DNA of 64,000 bases from an uncultured Chloroflexia bacterium (GCA_963703345.1 OY969814.1:480001-544000); one strand, 5' to 3'. Shown: positions 35,043 through 46,185, counted from the first letter of the stretch. A program made the numbers and translations. Notes: generated by a model not told the origin, from the sequence alone.

Positions 35043-35825
35043 TCAGCCCCGGGCGACGAGATCGCCCATTAGCAGTGAGAGGTAACGTACGGCGGGTATG
35101 ACGCGAGAATAAGCCATCCTCGTCGGGCCCAGGACGGCCAGGATTCCCACGGCCGTGCCCGGCACCCCGTAGCGGGTGAGCACAACGCTGCAGCGGCGCA
35201 TGACGTCCTCGCGGTTCTCTTCGCCGATGACCACGGTCACGTCCTCGCCGGAGAGGTTGTCGAAGGGTATCGCCCGCATCAGGTTGCCTTCCTCGAGCAC
35301 GCAGACGAGGTCGATGACGTCCTCCGTCTGCGAGAACTCCGGCTGGCTGAGGACGTTGCGAAGCCCTTCCAGGTAGGCTTGGTCGTAGAGCGCCTGGTCC
35401 TCTTCGTCCATCCGGGGCGAGCGAGGCGCCGTTGCGACCGCGGCGTTGCGGACGCTCTCCGCCAGCACCGTCGCCGCGATTCGCGCCTGCTCGGCCAGCA
35501 ATTCCGCGTGACCGGAAGCCGCCCTGGCCGCTGCCCGCAGGCGCCTCTGGATCGACTGCTTCTCATACCAGGGTAAGTCCTCTTCTTCCATGAGGCTTTC
35601 GACGTAGAAGCGATAGCCCCTATCGGAAGGGACGCGGCCGGCGGATGTGTGAGGGTGCGTGATGTAGCCTTCCTCCTCCAACCTCGCCATCTCGCTGCGC
35701 ACCGTGGCAGGAGAGATGGGCAAGGCGTACTTGCGGACGATGGTCTCGGAACCTACCGGCAGGGCCGTGCTTACGTATTCACTTACGATGTGGCCCAGAA
35801 TGCGGGCCCGTCTTTCCACCAACAC
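35043..35825 (-). CDS. hrcA: Heat-inducible repressor HrcA, short form
   Basis: PVGS, SPATVRSEMARLE..GY..HPHTSAGRVPSDRGYRFYV, QPEF, LGPTRMAY. Only 260 aa. Confidence 0.92.
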   Translation of the reverse strand: MLVERRARILGHIVSEYVSTALPVGSETIVRKYALPISPATVRSEMARLEEEGYITHPHTSAGRVPSDRGYRFYVESLMEEEDLPWYEKQSIQRRLRAAARAASGHAELLAEQARIAATVLAESVRNAAVATAPRSPRMDEEDQALYDQAYLEGLRNVLSQPEFSQTEDVIDLVCVLEEGNLMRAIPFDNLSGEDVTVVIGEENREDVMRRCSVVLTRYGVPGTAVGILAVLGPTRMAYSRVIPAVRYLSLLMGDLVARG

Positions 35826-36012
35826 TGCCGGGCTGCCCTCAAATAAAAGTCAGATTACGGGGTTATCGTTAGTTGGACCGAGGCTCGCTCCCCCTCCTAA
35901 TAGGCCTCCCATCACGAGTTTAGTTAACCATCGGCTCCCTTGACCTGTCAAGTGCTGCCATCGCGCCCTTGTCCTGCTGACCGGCCATCCCGGCCATGCT
36001 ATACTGCGGGCG

Positions 36013-36648
36013 ATGGAACTCATCTGGCTGGGAAGCTTCTGCTTCCGCATACGCAGTCGCGAAGCGACGATACTCACCGATCCGACTCCGAAGAGCAGCG
36101 GCTACGCCATCGGCAAGGTCACCGCCGACATCGTCACCGTCAGCTCCGACCATCCCGGCAGCACGAACCTGTCGGCCGTCAGCGGCTCGCCACTCGTCAT
36201 CTGGGGCCCGGGCGAATACGAGAGCGCGCAGGTCTTGATCACCGGCGTCGCCACGGAACGAGGCCGCGACGGCGAAAAGGGCGTGACAAATACGTCCTAC
36301 GTCATCGAGACCGAGAATCTGCGCATTTGCCACCTGGGAAGGCTTCGGCACGTGCCGACGTCGGACGAGGTCGAGGAGATGAGCAACATCGATCTCCTGC
36401 TGGTCCCGGTGGGCGGGAGCGGCGCGCTGGACGCCTCGCAGGCGGAGGAGACGATTACGCTCCTGGAGCCAAAGTTGATTGTGCCGATGAACTACGCCAC
36501 GTCCGCCTCATCCGACAAGCTCGACCCGCTGGAGCAATTCCTCCGAGAGCGAGGTGGGACGCCCCTCGAACCGCAGCCGCGACTCTCCGTGAACCGCTCA
36601 TCGCTGCCCCACGAGCCGGAAGTGGTCGTCCTCGACTACAAGCGCTGA
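36013..36648 (+). CDS. MBL-fold metallo-hydrolase-like protein
   Basis: WLGSFCF.I, TDP, ADIVTVS.DH, GPGEYE, CHLG, LLVPVGG, IVPMNY. Several metal ligands are degenerate. Confidence 0.85.
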   Translation: MELIWLGSFCFRIRSREATILTDPTPKSSGYAIGKVTADIVTVSSDHPGSTNLSAVSGSPLVIWGPGEYESAQVLITGVATERGRDGEKGVTNTSYVIETENLRICHLGRLRHVPTSDEVEEMSNIDLLLVPVGGSGALDASQAEETITLLEPKLIVPMNYATSASSDKLDPLEQFLRERGGTPLEPQPRLSVNRSSLPHEPEVVVLDYKR

Positions 36649-36720
36649 TGATTGCGGAGTTTCAGGTGAACAAGAAGGCGGCCCATGCGGCCGCCTAGCT
36701 GGTTCTGATGGCTGCTCCGT

Positions 36721-37884
36721 CTAAGGCAGGTAGTCGAGCGGATCGACGACGGCCCCGTTCCGGTGTACTTCGAAGTGTAGGTGGTAGCCGGTCGAGCGCC
36801 CGGTCATGCCCACGTAGCCGATAACCTCCCCCTGCTGCACGTACTCGCCCTGGGTGACTGTGATCGAGGCCATGTGAGCGTAGAGCGTTTCAAAGCCGTT
36901 CTGGTGGTTTATGACGACGTACAGGCCGTAGGAGCAGCAGGAATCGCCGCCGGCGAAGGTCACTACGCCGGAAGAGGCGGCGACAATCGGTCCGCCGGCA
37001 TTGTTGAACTGGTCGATGTCGATGCCCAAGGGGTGCGACGGGCCGAAGTAGCTGGAGACGGGCCCGGAAACCGGCCATATGAAGCCGCTGGACGACGGGC
37101 CCGATGGGGCTGGCTGCGACGGGGAAGAGCTGCTGGGTGGGCTCGCGGGAGCTGCGGGTTCCGGCGTTGGGGGTGGCGGCGCGGGCATCTTGCCGTTCGG
37201 GATGAAGATGATCTGGCTCTCAGCGATGCCGTCGGCGTTGACCAGGTGATTCCCGGCAAAGCTGGTGATGGATGCCACGTCCACGTCGTACCGGCTCGCG
37301 ATGTCGCTGAGCGTATCGCCCAACTTCACGTCATAGATGATCCCGTCAGTCATCGGGATGCGCAGGAACTGGCCCAGCGCCAGGGTGTCCGGGCTTTCAA
37401 GGTCCGTGTTGTTCCAGACGATGGAGTCAGATGAGATGCCGTATTGCGCCGCTAACCCGTCGACCGTGTCGCCCTGCTGGATGGCGTAGATGATGTATAC
37501 GGGGACGGGCGTCGGTGCTGGCGTTGGCTGAAGGCCGGCAGCCATCATGATCGCGTCGTCGGACGGAGCGGCTGTGGACCGAACCAGCGGCGCCGGCGTC
37601 TGCGTCGATTGGGCGGTCACGAGGGTCAGCGGAAGAACGGAGGCCTGAAACGCGGCGTCCTGTTGGACCGGCGCAGCGACAACAGTCTCCGGCGAGGAGA
37701 TGCTGTTGACGCGCATGGATACGCTCGTTGCGGGTAAACCGAGTCGTCCGGAGAAGGAGATGGTGGAGAGAAGAACGGATGCTGCGAGGGCCAGGACGAA
37801 AAAGTGGATGCAGGAACGATACCGCCTGCGAGATCCGGCAGCAGTAGGAGGCTGTCGTCCTAAACTACTTGGTCGCGCCTCCAA
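36721..37884 (-). CDS. LysM + M23 peptidoglycan endopeptidase
   Basis: Two LysM repeats (QQGDTV, KLGDTL), H.LGIDI, TLYAH, STGYHLHFEV. Start uncertain. Confidence 0.9.
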   Translation of the reverse strand: MEARPSSLGRQPPTAAGSRRRYRSCIHFFVLALAASVLLSTISFSGRLGLPATSVSMRVNSISSPETVVAAPVQQDAAFQASVLPLTLVTAQSTQTPAPLVRSTAAPSDDAIMMAAGLQPTPAPTPVPVYIIYAIQQGDTVDGLAAQYGISSDSIVWNNTDLESPDTLALGQFLRIPMTDGIIYDVKLGDTLSDIASRYDVDVASITSFAGNHLVNADGIAESQIIFIPNGKMPAPPPPTPEPAAPASPPSSSSPSQPAPSGPSSSGFIWPVSGPVSSYFGPSHPLGIDIDQFNNAGGPIVAASSGVVTFAGGDSCCSYGLYVVINHQNGFETLYAHMASITVTQGEYVQQGEVIGYVGMTGRSTGYHLHFEVHRNGAVVDPLDYLP

Positions 37885-38109
37885 CCGGTCTTCCGGTCCG
37901 GGAGCGCGCGGGCTGAGCGTGCCTCTGATGCTCCTCGCCTCCTACTTGTGGGCCAAACTCAGAGAGCCTGCCTCCTCCACCCGGCATACGCAACATCCCC
38001 GACACCCTACCAGACGCTGTTAGCTGTTGTCAAGGGCAAAAAGGCGCAATTTGCGGCCCGTTTTTGTCTCTCCGGACGTAACGAATGCCGCTGATAGCAG
38101 CGAGTGGAA

Positions 38110-39390
38110 CTAGATTTCCTGCTTCAGCGTGGCGAGGAACTCGGCGTTGCTGCGCGTTCGCGCCAGCCTCTCCAGGAGCCTTTCCGTCGCCTCGGTAGGA
38201 TTGGGAGCGTTCTGGCTGATCATCGCCGTCATGCGCCGCACCAGCCAGACCTGTCGTAGCGTCTCTTCGTCCAGCAGCAGCTCCTCGCGACGGGTGCCGC
38301 TGCGGTGAATGTCGATCGCCGGCCACATGCGCCGCTCAGCCAGGCGGCGGTCGAGGTGGATTTCCATGTTGCCCGTGCCCTTGAACTCCTCGTAGATCAC
38401 CTCGTCCATCCGGCTGCCGGTGTCGACCAGGCAAGTGCCGATGATCGTGAGGCTGCCGCTTTCCTCGGTGTTGCGGGCGGCGCCAAAGAAGCGCTTCGGC
38501 GGGTGCAGGGCGATAGGGTCGATGCCGCCGGAAAGCGTCCGGCCGCTCGTCGGCATCGCCAGGTTGTAGGCGCGGGTGAGGCGCGTGATGCTGTCCAGCA
38601 GGACAACGACGTCCGTGCCGGACTCCACCAACCTCTTCGCCCGCTCCAGCCCCATGTCGGCGACGCGCGTGTGGTCTTCGACCGGCTCGTCGAAGGTGGA
38701 CGCTATAACCTCGCCGTGAACGGAGCGTCTCATGTCCGTAACTTCCTCCGGCCGCTCGCCGATGAGGAGCACCATGAGGTGCACGTCGTTGTAGTTCGCC
38801 GTGATGCCGTTGGCGATAGCCTTGAGGAGGAACGTCTTGCCCGCTTTGGGAGGCGAGACGATGAGCCCGCGCTGTCCCCGGCCGATGGGCGCGATAAGAT
38901 TGATCACGCGTGCCGAGAGCTTCTCCGGCGTGGTCTCCAGGTTGAACTGGCGGAGGGGGAAGATGGCCGTCAAGGCCTCAAAATAGGGACGGGCCTTCGC
39001 GACCTCCGGGTCAAGGCCGTTCACCGCCTCAACGCGGAGCAGCCCGTAGTAGCGCTCGCTGTCCTTCGGCGGCCGCACCTGTCCCGTCACGTAGTCGCCC
39101 GTACGGAGGGCGAAGCGCCGGATCTGCGATTGCGACACGTAGACGTCGTTCAGCGAGGGCAGGAGGCTCTCGCCGCGCAGGAAACCGTAACCGTCGTCGA
39201 CGATCTCGAGGACGCCGCCGCTGAAGATGTTCCCTTCCCGTTCCGTCTGTGCCTGTAGCAGGCGGAAGATAAGGTCTTGCTTCTTGAGCGCGCTGTAGCC
39301 GGAGATTCCAAGCTCCTTGGCGATCTCCATCAGGTCCTCGCGGGTCCTGGTCTCTAGCTCGGCAATGTTAAGTTCGCCTGCTGGCTTCAT
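38110..39390 (-). CDS. rho: Transcription termination factor Rho
   Basis: [44 protein letters not shown]. Confidence 0.98.
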   Translation of the reverse strand: MKPAGELNIAELETRTREDLMEIAKELGISGYSALKKQDLIFRLLQAQTEREGNIFSGGVLEIVDDGYGFLRGESLLPSLNDVYVSQSQIRRFALRTGDYVTGQVRPPKDSERYYGLLRVEAVNGLDPEVAKARPYFEALTAIFPLRQFNLETTPEKLSARVINLIAPIGRGQRGLIVSPPKAGKTFLLKAIANGITANYNDVHLMVLLIGERPEEVTDMRRSVHGEVIASTFDEPVEDHTRVADMGLERAKRLVESGTDVVVLLDSITRLTRAYNLAMPTSGRTLSGGIDPIALHPPKRFFGAARNTEESGSLTIIGTCLVDTGSRMDEVIYEEFKGTGNMEIHLDRRLAERRMWPAIDIHRSGTRREELLLDEETLRQVWLVRRMTAMISQNAPNPTEATERLLERLARTRSNAEFLATLKQEI

Positions 39391-39517
39391 CGTTCAAACC
39401 TCAGATATGAGAATGGATGTGGGGCCTCAAGAAAAAACACAGAGGGAAAAGTGCAGTAGTACTCGCGGCCGACTGTATGATACAGCATCTACTCCTTGTT
39501 TTCAAGCAATAGCCGTC

Positions 39518-40174
39518 CTAAGCCTTCACTTTTGAGTACTGCTGCGCGTCCGCCAGGAAGCGCTCGATGCCGACGTCGGTTAGCGGGTGTTTCACCATCG
39601 CCATTAGCACGGCATAAGGCATCGTCGCGATGTGCGCGCCCGCCTGCGCCGAAGCGATGACGTGCCGGGGGTGCCGCAGGCTGGCCGAAATGATCTGCGA
39701 AGGCAGCCGGTAGCGGTCTAGTATTGCCACGCTTTCCCGGACGACCTCCATGCCGTCGTGGCCGGCGTCGTCCAACCGCCCGACGAAGGGGCTGATGTAC
39801 GTCGCGCCCGCCAGAGCCGCCAGCAGCGCCTGGTTGACGGAGAAGACAAGCGTCATGTTGACCTTCACGCCTTCCCGGGCCAGCTTCGCGGTCGCCTCCA
39901 GGCCCGCAGCGTCAATTGGTATCTTGACCACGACGTCCGGATGCCAGCCCGCCACCTCGCGCGCCTCGGCGACAATGCCGGGCGCGTCGCGGGCGATGCA
40001 CTCGGCGGAGACGGGCCCATGTACCGTCTCGCAAATCTCCACCACCCGTTCCTTGTAGCTGACGCCTCGCTCCTTCGCCATCAACGTCGGATTCGTCGTT
40101 ACGCCGGAGACGACGCCCAGCTTCACCGCCTCGCGCACCTCGTCGATGTTCGCCGTGTCAAGGAATATGCGCAT
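39518..40174 (-). CDS. fsa: Short transaldolase / fructose-6-phosphate aldolase family
   Basis: IFLDTAN, GVTTNPTL, VVVKIP, YISPFVGRLDD, HPLTD.G. Confidence 0.93.
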   Translation of the reverse strand: MRIFLDTANIDEVREAVKLGVVSGVTTNPTLMAKERGVSYKERVVEICETVHGPVSAECIARDAPGIVAEAREVAGWHPDVVVKIPIDAAGLEATAKLAREGVKVNMTLVFSVNQALLAALAGATYISPFVGRLDDAGHDGMEVVRESVAILDRYRLPSQIISASLRHPRHVIASAQAGAHIATMPYAVLMAMVKHPLTDVGIERFLADAQQYSKVKA

Positions 40175-40267
40175 TCTTCTCGTTTCCCTCGATAGCTGAT
40201 TCTACAGACGTCCGGTCTCGAAATCGAGGAGGACCGTTCTCATGTCGAGAATAACGGGAATGTCCGG

Positions 40268-41950
40268 CTAGCGCTCCGAAGTCTCCGATGCCGAGCTTGC
40301 GACCGGCATTTCGGAGACGGGATGGAAATGCGTTGCTGAGCCTGCCGCCTCCAGGACGCGCTCCTTCACCGCTCCGATGAAGTCACGGAAGAGCGGATGC
40401 GGCCGGTCCGGGCGGGAACGGAACTCCGGGTGGAACTGCGTGCCCACCATGAACGGGTGCCCGGCGATCTCGCAGATCTCCGCCAGAGTGCCGTCGGGAG
40501 AGAGACCGCTGACGACCAGCCCCGTCTGAGACAGCGCCTCCCGGAACGCCATGTTGAACTCATAGCGATGGCGGTGCCGCTCGCTGATCTCGTCCGCTCC
40601 GTAGGCCGCGCGCGCCTTCGTGCCCGCCACCAGCCGGCAGGGGTAGCTGCCGAGTCGCATCGTCCCGCCCATCTGGCTTACGCCCGTCTGCTCTTCGAGC
40701 AGGCTGATGACTGGGTACGGCGTCTTCGGGTTGAATTCCGTCGAGTTCGCCGTATCGTCGCCGAAGGCCTTGCGCGCCGCCTCGACGACCATCACCTGCA
40801 TACCCAGGCAGAGGCCCAGGTAGGGCAGCTCCTGCTCGCGGGCGTAGCTGGCCGCCTTGATCTTGCCCTCGATGCCGCGCTCGCCGAAACCGCCCGGCAC
40901 GACGACGCCCTGCACGTGCTGCAGCGCCGTCTCGCCGCCGACCGTCTCCAGCGTCTGCGAGTGCACCCACTCGATGTCCACCGCCACGTCGTGGTGAATG
41001 CCGGCGTGAATGAGCGACTCCTTTACCGAAAGATAGGCGTCCGGCAACTCGATGTACTTGCCGACGATCGCCACCGTCACCCTGTTCTCTGGATGCAGCA
41101 GCCGGTCGACAAGCCCGCGCCATTCGGTCAGGTCGCGGCCGCCGGCGGGAAGCGAAAGGCGCTCGATTACGAGATCGCCCAGCCCCGCCTCTTCGAGGAC
41201 GATCGGCACCTGGTAGATGCTGGACATCGTTCGCAGCGGTATGACGGCGCGCTTCTCGACGTCGCAGAACAGGGCGATCTTGTCCTTGAGGTCCTGCGAC
41301 ACCGCGAAGTCGCTGCGGCAGACGATGACATCGGGTTGAACGCCGGCGCTGCGGAGCTCGCGGACGCTGTGCTGGGTCGGCTTCGTCTTTATCTCGCCCG
41401 TGGCGCCGATATAGGGCAGAAGCGTCACGTGGATGGCCAGGACGTGGTCGCGCGGTTCCTCGGTGCGCATCTGCCGGATCGCCTCCAGGAACGGCTGCCC
41501 TTCGATGTCGCCGACGGTGCCGCCGACCTCGACGATAAGGACATCGGCGCCGCTCGTGCGCGCCACCTCGCGGATGCGGCTCTTGATCTCGCCGGTGATG
41601 TGCGGGATCGCCTGAATCGTCCCGCCGAGGAAATCGCCCCGGCGCTCTTTCTGAATCACGGCCTGATAAATCTGCCCAGTCGTAACGGAGCTTATCCCCG
41701 TCAGGTTCTCATCGATGAAGCGCTCGTAGTGGCCGAGGTCCAGGTCCGTCTCAGCGCCGTCGTTCGTGACGAACACTTCGCCGTGCTGATAGGGCGACAT
41801 GGTCCCCGGGTCGACATTGAGGTAGGGGTCCAGCTTCTGAATGGAGACGGAGATGTTTCGGCTCTTGAGGATGCGGCCGATAGCCGCTGTGGTGATTCCC
41901 TTGCCGACGGAGCTGACCACTCCGCCGGTCACGAATATGTACTTAGGCAT
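40268..41950 (-). CDS. pyrG: CTP synthase
   Basis: [50 protein letters not shown]. Confidence 0.99.
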   Translation of the reverse strand: MPKYIFVTGGVVSSVGKGITTAAIGRILKSRNISVSIQKLDPYLNVDPGTMSPYQHGEVFVTNDGAETDLDLGHYERFIDENLTGISSVTTGQIYQAVIQKERRGDFLGGTIQAIPHITGEIKSRIREVARTSGADVLIVEVGGTVGDIEGQPFLEAIRQMRTEEPRDHVLAIHVTLLPYIGATGEIKTKPTQHSVRELRSAGVQPDVIVCRSDFAVSQDLKDKIALFCDVEKRAVIPLRTMSSIYQVPIVLEEAGLGDLVIERLSLPAGGRDLTEWRGLVDRLLHPENRVTVAIVGKYIELPDAYLSVKESLIHAGIHHDVAVDIEWVHSQTLETVGGETALQHVQGVVVPGGFGERGIEGKIKAASYAREQELPYLGLCLGMQVMVVEAARKAFGDDTANSTEFNPKTPYPVISLLEEQTGVSQMGGTMRLGSYPCRLVAGTKARAAYGADEISERHRHRYEFNMAFREALSQTGLVVSGLSPDGTLAEICEIAGHPFMVGTQFHPEFRSRPDRPHPLFRDFIGAVKERVLEAAGSATHFHPVSEMPVASSASETSER

Positions 41951-42034
41951 CTATAAGACAAGCGGCCCTCGGTCCGCCGAATGCGGACGGGAGGCGCCGC
42001 CCATCAACAATTCTAGTCAGGCCCGATCACACTG

Positions 42035-43609
42035 TCAAGGGATTCCGCCGGCGATGAGGGCGGGGGGCTCCTCCAGCGAGGCCGGACGCTCCAGCAGCGG
42101 CGCCGGCGCAAACGGCTTCGCCTCCGGCTGCCGGAAGGCCGCCATCTGCACTTCCAGCCAGCGGTTGATGTCGTGGCGGGCGATCGTCTGTCGCAGCCCC
42201 CGTGCCCGCTCTCGACGCTCCTCGGCGCCCATGACAAGCGCCCGCCGGAGCGCCTCCGCCGTCCCTTCGATGTCCCTGGCTTCGACCGTCAGCGCCACGC
42301 CCCCGAGCTCCCGACATGCGCCGACGGCGGTTGAAAGAACGACGACGCCGTCGCGCTCGTTTAGAATCGGCCCCTCCTTGACGACGAGGTTCATGCCGTC
42401 GGCGATGGAGTTCGCGATAAGAACGTCGTACAGGCTAAGGCCGGCCAGCGCCTGCGTGCGGTTCTGCTCGTAGAAGACCCTTATCGGCTGCCAGCGTTTG
42501 TTGCCGTGGCGCAGATTGATCTGGTCGATGAGGGAGAAGACTTCGTCCCTGTACGTCCGGTACTCGGGGATCGCCTCACGCGACGGCACCAGGAACGTGA
42601 GCAGCCGCACCTTGCCGATCCACTCGGAGGAACGCTCCAGGAGGAGATTGAACGCCTTGAGCGCGCCGGCCACGTTTTTCGCCGGGTCCAAGCGGTCAAC
42701 GCAGACGACAGTCTTCACGTCCTCGTCGCCGGCCAGCGCTTCCCGGTATGACTTGACTCCAGGGGAGACGAGTTGCCGCCTCAGGTCGAAAACGTCCACG
42801 GATATTGGATTGGCGAAGATGGCGACCGACCGTCCGTCGTAGCGGACCGTGGTTTCCGCCAGGTCGACGGTCACGCTCGGGAGGTGCGCCAGGCAGGTGA
42901 GAGCGAAGTTGCGCTTCGATTGCTCCGTCTGGAACGCCACGCTGTCGTTCGCCAGCATCCCCTCGCAGATCCGCGCGACGATGCCCTCCGGCAGCGCCCG
43001 CCAGGCGTCCGGCCCCGGCCAGGGGATGTGGTTGAAGTGCTGCAGCAGCGCCTCTGGATGGCGCGCGCGGATGAACAGCGGCGCGAGATAAAGATGATAG
43101 TCGTGCAGCATCACCCGGGCTGGGCCGCTCGCCGTGCCAATCTCCTCGTCGACAGCGTCGGCGAAGGCGCGGTTGACCGGCACGTAGCCGTCCTGCCAGG
43201 AACGGACGATCTGCTCCTCCAGGTCGGCGCGGCCATCGAGCAGATGCCACAGCGAGTGCTGGAGGAACCAGAGGATTGGATTGCTGAACGTGCGATAGAA
43301 GAGATCGTATGAGTGCGAATCCGCCGCCGCGAAGCACAGGCGATGGCCGCGACCGAATGAGAATCGGCGAAGGTCGCGCGCCACAAGCTCCCTGTCCACC
43401 CCTCCAACCGCGCCGACAATCCACGTCAAGTCCTGCCGGCCGAGGATGCTGGAGAGGGCGACGGCCACGCCGCCGCTGGTCGGCCGACGCGCCAGGGCGC
43501 CGCTATCGTCGCGATAATGCTCGAACGGCCCGCGGTTGCTGACGACGATGAGCGGGCCCGGACGGCTTATTCGCCGCAAAGAGGTATACGCTGGGTCCCC
43601 GGAGTTCAC
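42035..43609 (-). CDS. otsA: Trehalose-6-phosphate synthase (GT20)
   Basis: VVSNRGP, HDYHLYLAP, FNHIPWP, VDRLDPAKN, DGMNLVVKEG. Confidence 0.9.
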   Translation of the reverse strand: MNSGDPAYTSLRRISRPGPLIVVSNRGPFEHYRDDSGALARRPTSGGVAVALSSILGRQDLTWIVGAVGGVDRELVARDLRRFSFGRGHRLCFAAADSHSYDLFYRTFSNPILWFLQHSLWHLLDGRADLEEQIVRSWQDGYVPVNRAFADAVDEEIGTASGPARVMLHDYHLYLAPLFIRARHPEALLQHFNHIPWPGPDAWRALPEGIVARICEGMLANDSVAFQTEQSKRNFALTCLAHLPSVTVDLAETTVRYDGRSVAIFANPISVDVFDLRRQLVSPGVKSYREALAGDEDVKTVVCVDRLDPAKNVAGALKAFNLLLERSSEWIGKVRLLTFLVPSREAIPEYRTYRDEVFSLIDQINLRHGNKRWQPIRVFYEQNRTQALAGLSLYDVLIANSIADGMNLVVKEGPILNERDGVVVLSTAVGACRELGGVALTVEARDIEGTAEALRRALVMGAEERRERARGLRQTIARHDINRWLEVQMAAFRQPEAKPFAPAPLLERPASLEEPPALIAGGIP

Positions 43610-43723
43610 GTCGGCCTCCTTTTGTATGTCGCGGGGAGGGTATCACCGCTATCTTAGCGATACTGACACACCACCAAACCGAGCGGGCCGGGCCTGCCTG
43701 CCGATAGGCAGGAATGAGGGTAC

Positions 43724-43752
43724 AAAAAGGCCGGAGGATCTTGGCTCCGGCC
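43724..43752 (-). terminator. Intrinsic terminator, riboswitch expression platform
   Basis: Minus strand GGCCGGAG-CCAAGATC-CTCCGGCC followed by TTTTT. Confidence 0.85.
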
Positions 43753-43771
43753 GTCTTGCTTTGGAACCAGC

Positions 43772-43927
43772 CCTCTTTCAGTGGCCTACGAGGTTAGCTG
43801 TCGGGTTAGGGCTGAAAGAGACTGCCCCTTCCGCCTTCCGGCGGAATACACCCCATGCTGCCTTCGGTTCCCCCGTCCCGCCTCTCGCCGCTGGCGAGTC
43901 GCCTTTGGCGACAAGCGAGCTAGGCCC
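43772..43927 (-). ncRNA. c-di-AMP (ydaO-yuaA) riboswitch
   Basis: Minus strand ACGGGGGAACC...TGGGGTGTATTCC...AAGGGGCAG...CCCTAACCCGACAGCTAACCTCGTAGGCC. Pseudoknot pair CTCTTTCAG/CTGAAAGAG. Confidence 0.9.
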
Positions 43928-43936
43928 TGTGCTCGT

Positions 43937-43965
43937 AAATTAGCACCGCGACGAAGGTTTGTCAA
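43937..43965 (-). promoter_or_regulatory. Promoter of riboswitch-otsA
   Basis: TTGACA-17 bp-TAATTT with a TG extension. Confidence 0.75.
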
Positions 43966-43998
43966 TATTTCGGGTTCAACAGAGGCACTCGTGGGAGG

Positions 43999-45291
43999 CT
44001 AGGCGAGTCCGGCGAAGGCGGTTTTGGCGGCGTCTATCGTGGCGTCGATCTTTTCGTCTCTGTGCGCCGACGACATGAACACCGCCTCGAACTGCGACGG
44101 CGCCAGGTAGACGCCGCGCTCCAGCATCGCGTGGAAGAAGCGGGCGTAGAGTCCGGTATCGGCGCGAAGGGCGCTCGCGTAATCGGTGACCGGCGCGTCG
44201 ACGAAAAAGGGCGTCCGCATGGAGCCGACGCGATTGAGCCGCAGCGAGACGCTGGCGCGCTCTGCCGCCCGCCCGACGCCTTCGACCAGCTTCGCCGAAA
44301 GCGCTTCCAGTCGCTCGTAGAGGCCCGCGGACTGGAGCACCCGCAGCGTCGCCAGTCCCGCCGCCATCGCCAGCGGGTTGCCGGAGAGCGTGCCCGCCTG
44401 GTAGACGGGCCCCAGCGGCGCCAGCATCGCCATCACGTCGCGCCTGCCGCCGTACGCCCCGACGGGCAGGCCGCCGCCGATTATCTTGCCCAGGCAGGTC
44501 AGGTCCGGCGTCACGCCGTAGAGCGACTGCGCGCCGCCGTAGGCGACCCGGAAGCCCGTGATCACCTCGTCGAACACCAGCAACGCGCCTTCGCGACGCG
44601 TTATCTCACGCAGCGACTCCAGGAAGCCGGGCTGCGGGGCCACGACACCCATGTTGCCGGCGACCGGCTCGACGATGATCGCCGCTACCTCACCGCTGTA
44701 TCGTTCGAACAGGGTTTCGACGCTCGCTATGTCGTTGTAGCGCGCCACGAGCGTCTCCCGCGCGTAGGACGCCGGCACGCCCGGGCTGTCCGGCAGGCCG
44801 AGCGTGGCCACGCCGGAGCCGGCGCGCACGAGGAGACCGTCGGCGTGGCCGTGGTAGGAGCCCTCGAACTTGACGATCTTGTCGCGGCCGGTGAACGCGC
44901 GGGCTAGGCGCAGCGCCGACATCGTCGCCTCGCTGCCGGAGTTTACGAAACGCACCGTCTCGATCGATGGCACCGCCTCGACGATGAGCTGCGCCAGATC
45001 GGCCTCCGCCTCCGTCGGCGCACCGTAGCTTGTGCCGCGCTCCGCCGCCTGCCGCACCGCCTCGACGACCGCCGGATGGGCGTGCCCGAGGATGAGTGCG
45101 CCCCACGAGCAGACGTAGTCGACATAGCGATTGCCGTCAACGTCGTACAGGTAGGGCCCTTCGCCGCGGGCTATGACGATGGGCTCACCGCCGACGGCGC
45201 GGAAGGCGCGCACGGGGCTGTCTACGCCGCCGGGCAGGTAGCGCAGCGAGCGCTGGAACACCTCATGCGAGCGGTCGTGAGGCAGGGGCAT
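43999..45291 (-). CDS. hemL: Glutamate-1-semialdehyde 2,1-aminomutase
   Basis: [55 protein letters not shown]. Confidence 0.98.
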   Translation of the reverse strand: MPLPHDRSHEVFQRSLRYLPGGVDSPVRAFRAVGGEPIVIARGEGPYLYDVDGNRYVDYVCSWGALILGHAHPAVVEAVRQAAERGTSYGAPTEAEADLAQLIVEAVPSIETVRFVNSGSEATMSALRLARAFTGRDKIVKFEGSYHGHADGLLVRAGSGVATLGLPDSPGVPASYARETLVARYNDIASVETLFERYSGEVAAIIVEPVAGNMGVVAPQPGFLESLREITRREGALLVFDEVITGFRVAYGGAQSLYGVTPDLTCLGKIIGGGLPVGAYGGRRDVMAMLAPLGPVYQAGTLSGNPLAMAAGLATLRVLQSAGLYERLEALSAKLVEGVGRAAERASVSLRLNRVGSMRTPFFVDAPVTDYASALRADTGLYARFFHAMLERGVYLAPSQFEAVFMSSAHRDEKIDATIDAAKTAFAGLA

Positions 45292-45336
45292 CGGTCCTTC
45301 GATTCGAACAAAAAAACCGCGGCGCGAGACGTCCTG

Positions 45337-46185
45337 CTAGGGCAGAAGGTCCAGCAGGTCGCAGAGCGAAGCGATCTCGTGGTCGGGCTGCGGGACGCCT
45401 TCGCGCAGCGACGAGCCGTCGCGGTTGAGCCAGGCCACCGGCAGGCCCGCGTTCTTCGCGCCGAGCACGTCCGCCGACTGGCTGTCGCCGACGTAGAGCA
45501 CCTCGTGGCGGGCAAAGCCGCTCGCCTCGACAAACGAGTGGAAGATCTGCTCGTGCGGCTTGTAGACGCCGGCGCTCTCCGAAGTGACGACGAGCTGGAA
45601 CTCGACGTGCAGGCCGTTCTTCTCCAGGCAGGCCGTCAGGAAGTCGTTGTCGGCGTTGGAGAGGATGCCGAGGTGGTAGCGCGACTTCAGCGCCGACAGC
45701 ACCGCCGCCGTCTCCGCGAACGCCGACGCCTCCGCCAGGCCGTTTCGGACGTGCGCGTAGGCAGCGACCCCGTCGCCGAAAATGCCCAGCTCGCGAAAGC
45801 AGGCCTCGAAATGCTCCGGCCACTCCTCGCTGTAGGGACGAAAGTCGAGCGTCGGGCGCGCGGTAGTCCAGGAGGTCGCTTCGTTGCGCGGGTTCTCGCG
45901 GGCGCGACCCTGGGACGCCATGCGCCGCCAGATGTCCATCCATTTGTCCCAGAGCGTCTTGCCGTCGCAGGGGAGGCCCTGCTGAAGGCAGATTTCGTGA
46001 TAGGTGCGAATGAACGCCTGGTCGGTGAAGTCGATCAGCGTGCCATAGCAGTCGAAGGCGACGGCGCGAATGCCGTCACGACGAGAAAGGGAGAGTGCAG
46101 AGAGGGAGTCCCTCTCTGCCGGGGGTTCGGGGGTGTCCCCCGAATCCAAACGCATCTCGGGTGGGCGGGTGGGAAGATCAGACAT
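45337..46185 (-). CDS. HAD superfamily hydrolase with repeat-derived N-terminal extension
   Basis: AVAFDCYGTLID, ILSN, YKPH, YVGDSQ.ADV.GA. Confidence 0.9.
   Translation of the reverse strand: MSDLPTRPPEMRLDSGDTPEPPAERDSLSALSLSRRDGIRAVAFDCYGTLIDFTDQAFIRTYHEICLQQGLPCDGKTLWDKWMDIWRRMASQGRARENPRNEATSWTTARPTLDFRPYSEEWPEHFEACFRELGIFGDGVAAYAHVRNGLAEASAFAETAAVLSALKSRYHLGILSNADNDFLTACLEKNGLHVEFQLVVTSESAGVYKPHEQIFHSFVEASGFARHEVLYVGDSQSADVLGAKNAGLPVAWLNRDGSSLREGVPQPDHEIASLCDLLDLLP
46091..46177. repeat. Dispersed hairpin repeat, copy 2 (inverted, inside the HAD ORF)
   Basis: GAGTGCAGAGAGGGAGTCCCTCTCTGC...TTCGGGGGTGTCCCCCGAA...GGGTGGGCGGGTGGGAAGA. Confidence 0.8.

Noticed and set aside
35931-35958. Possible CIRCE upstream of hrcA
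   Set aside because: Only one half resembles CIRCE (AGCACTT). The CTTGAC-CT-GTCAAG palindrome coincides with a -35 box and cannot be assigned to a regulator.
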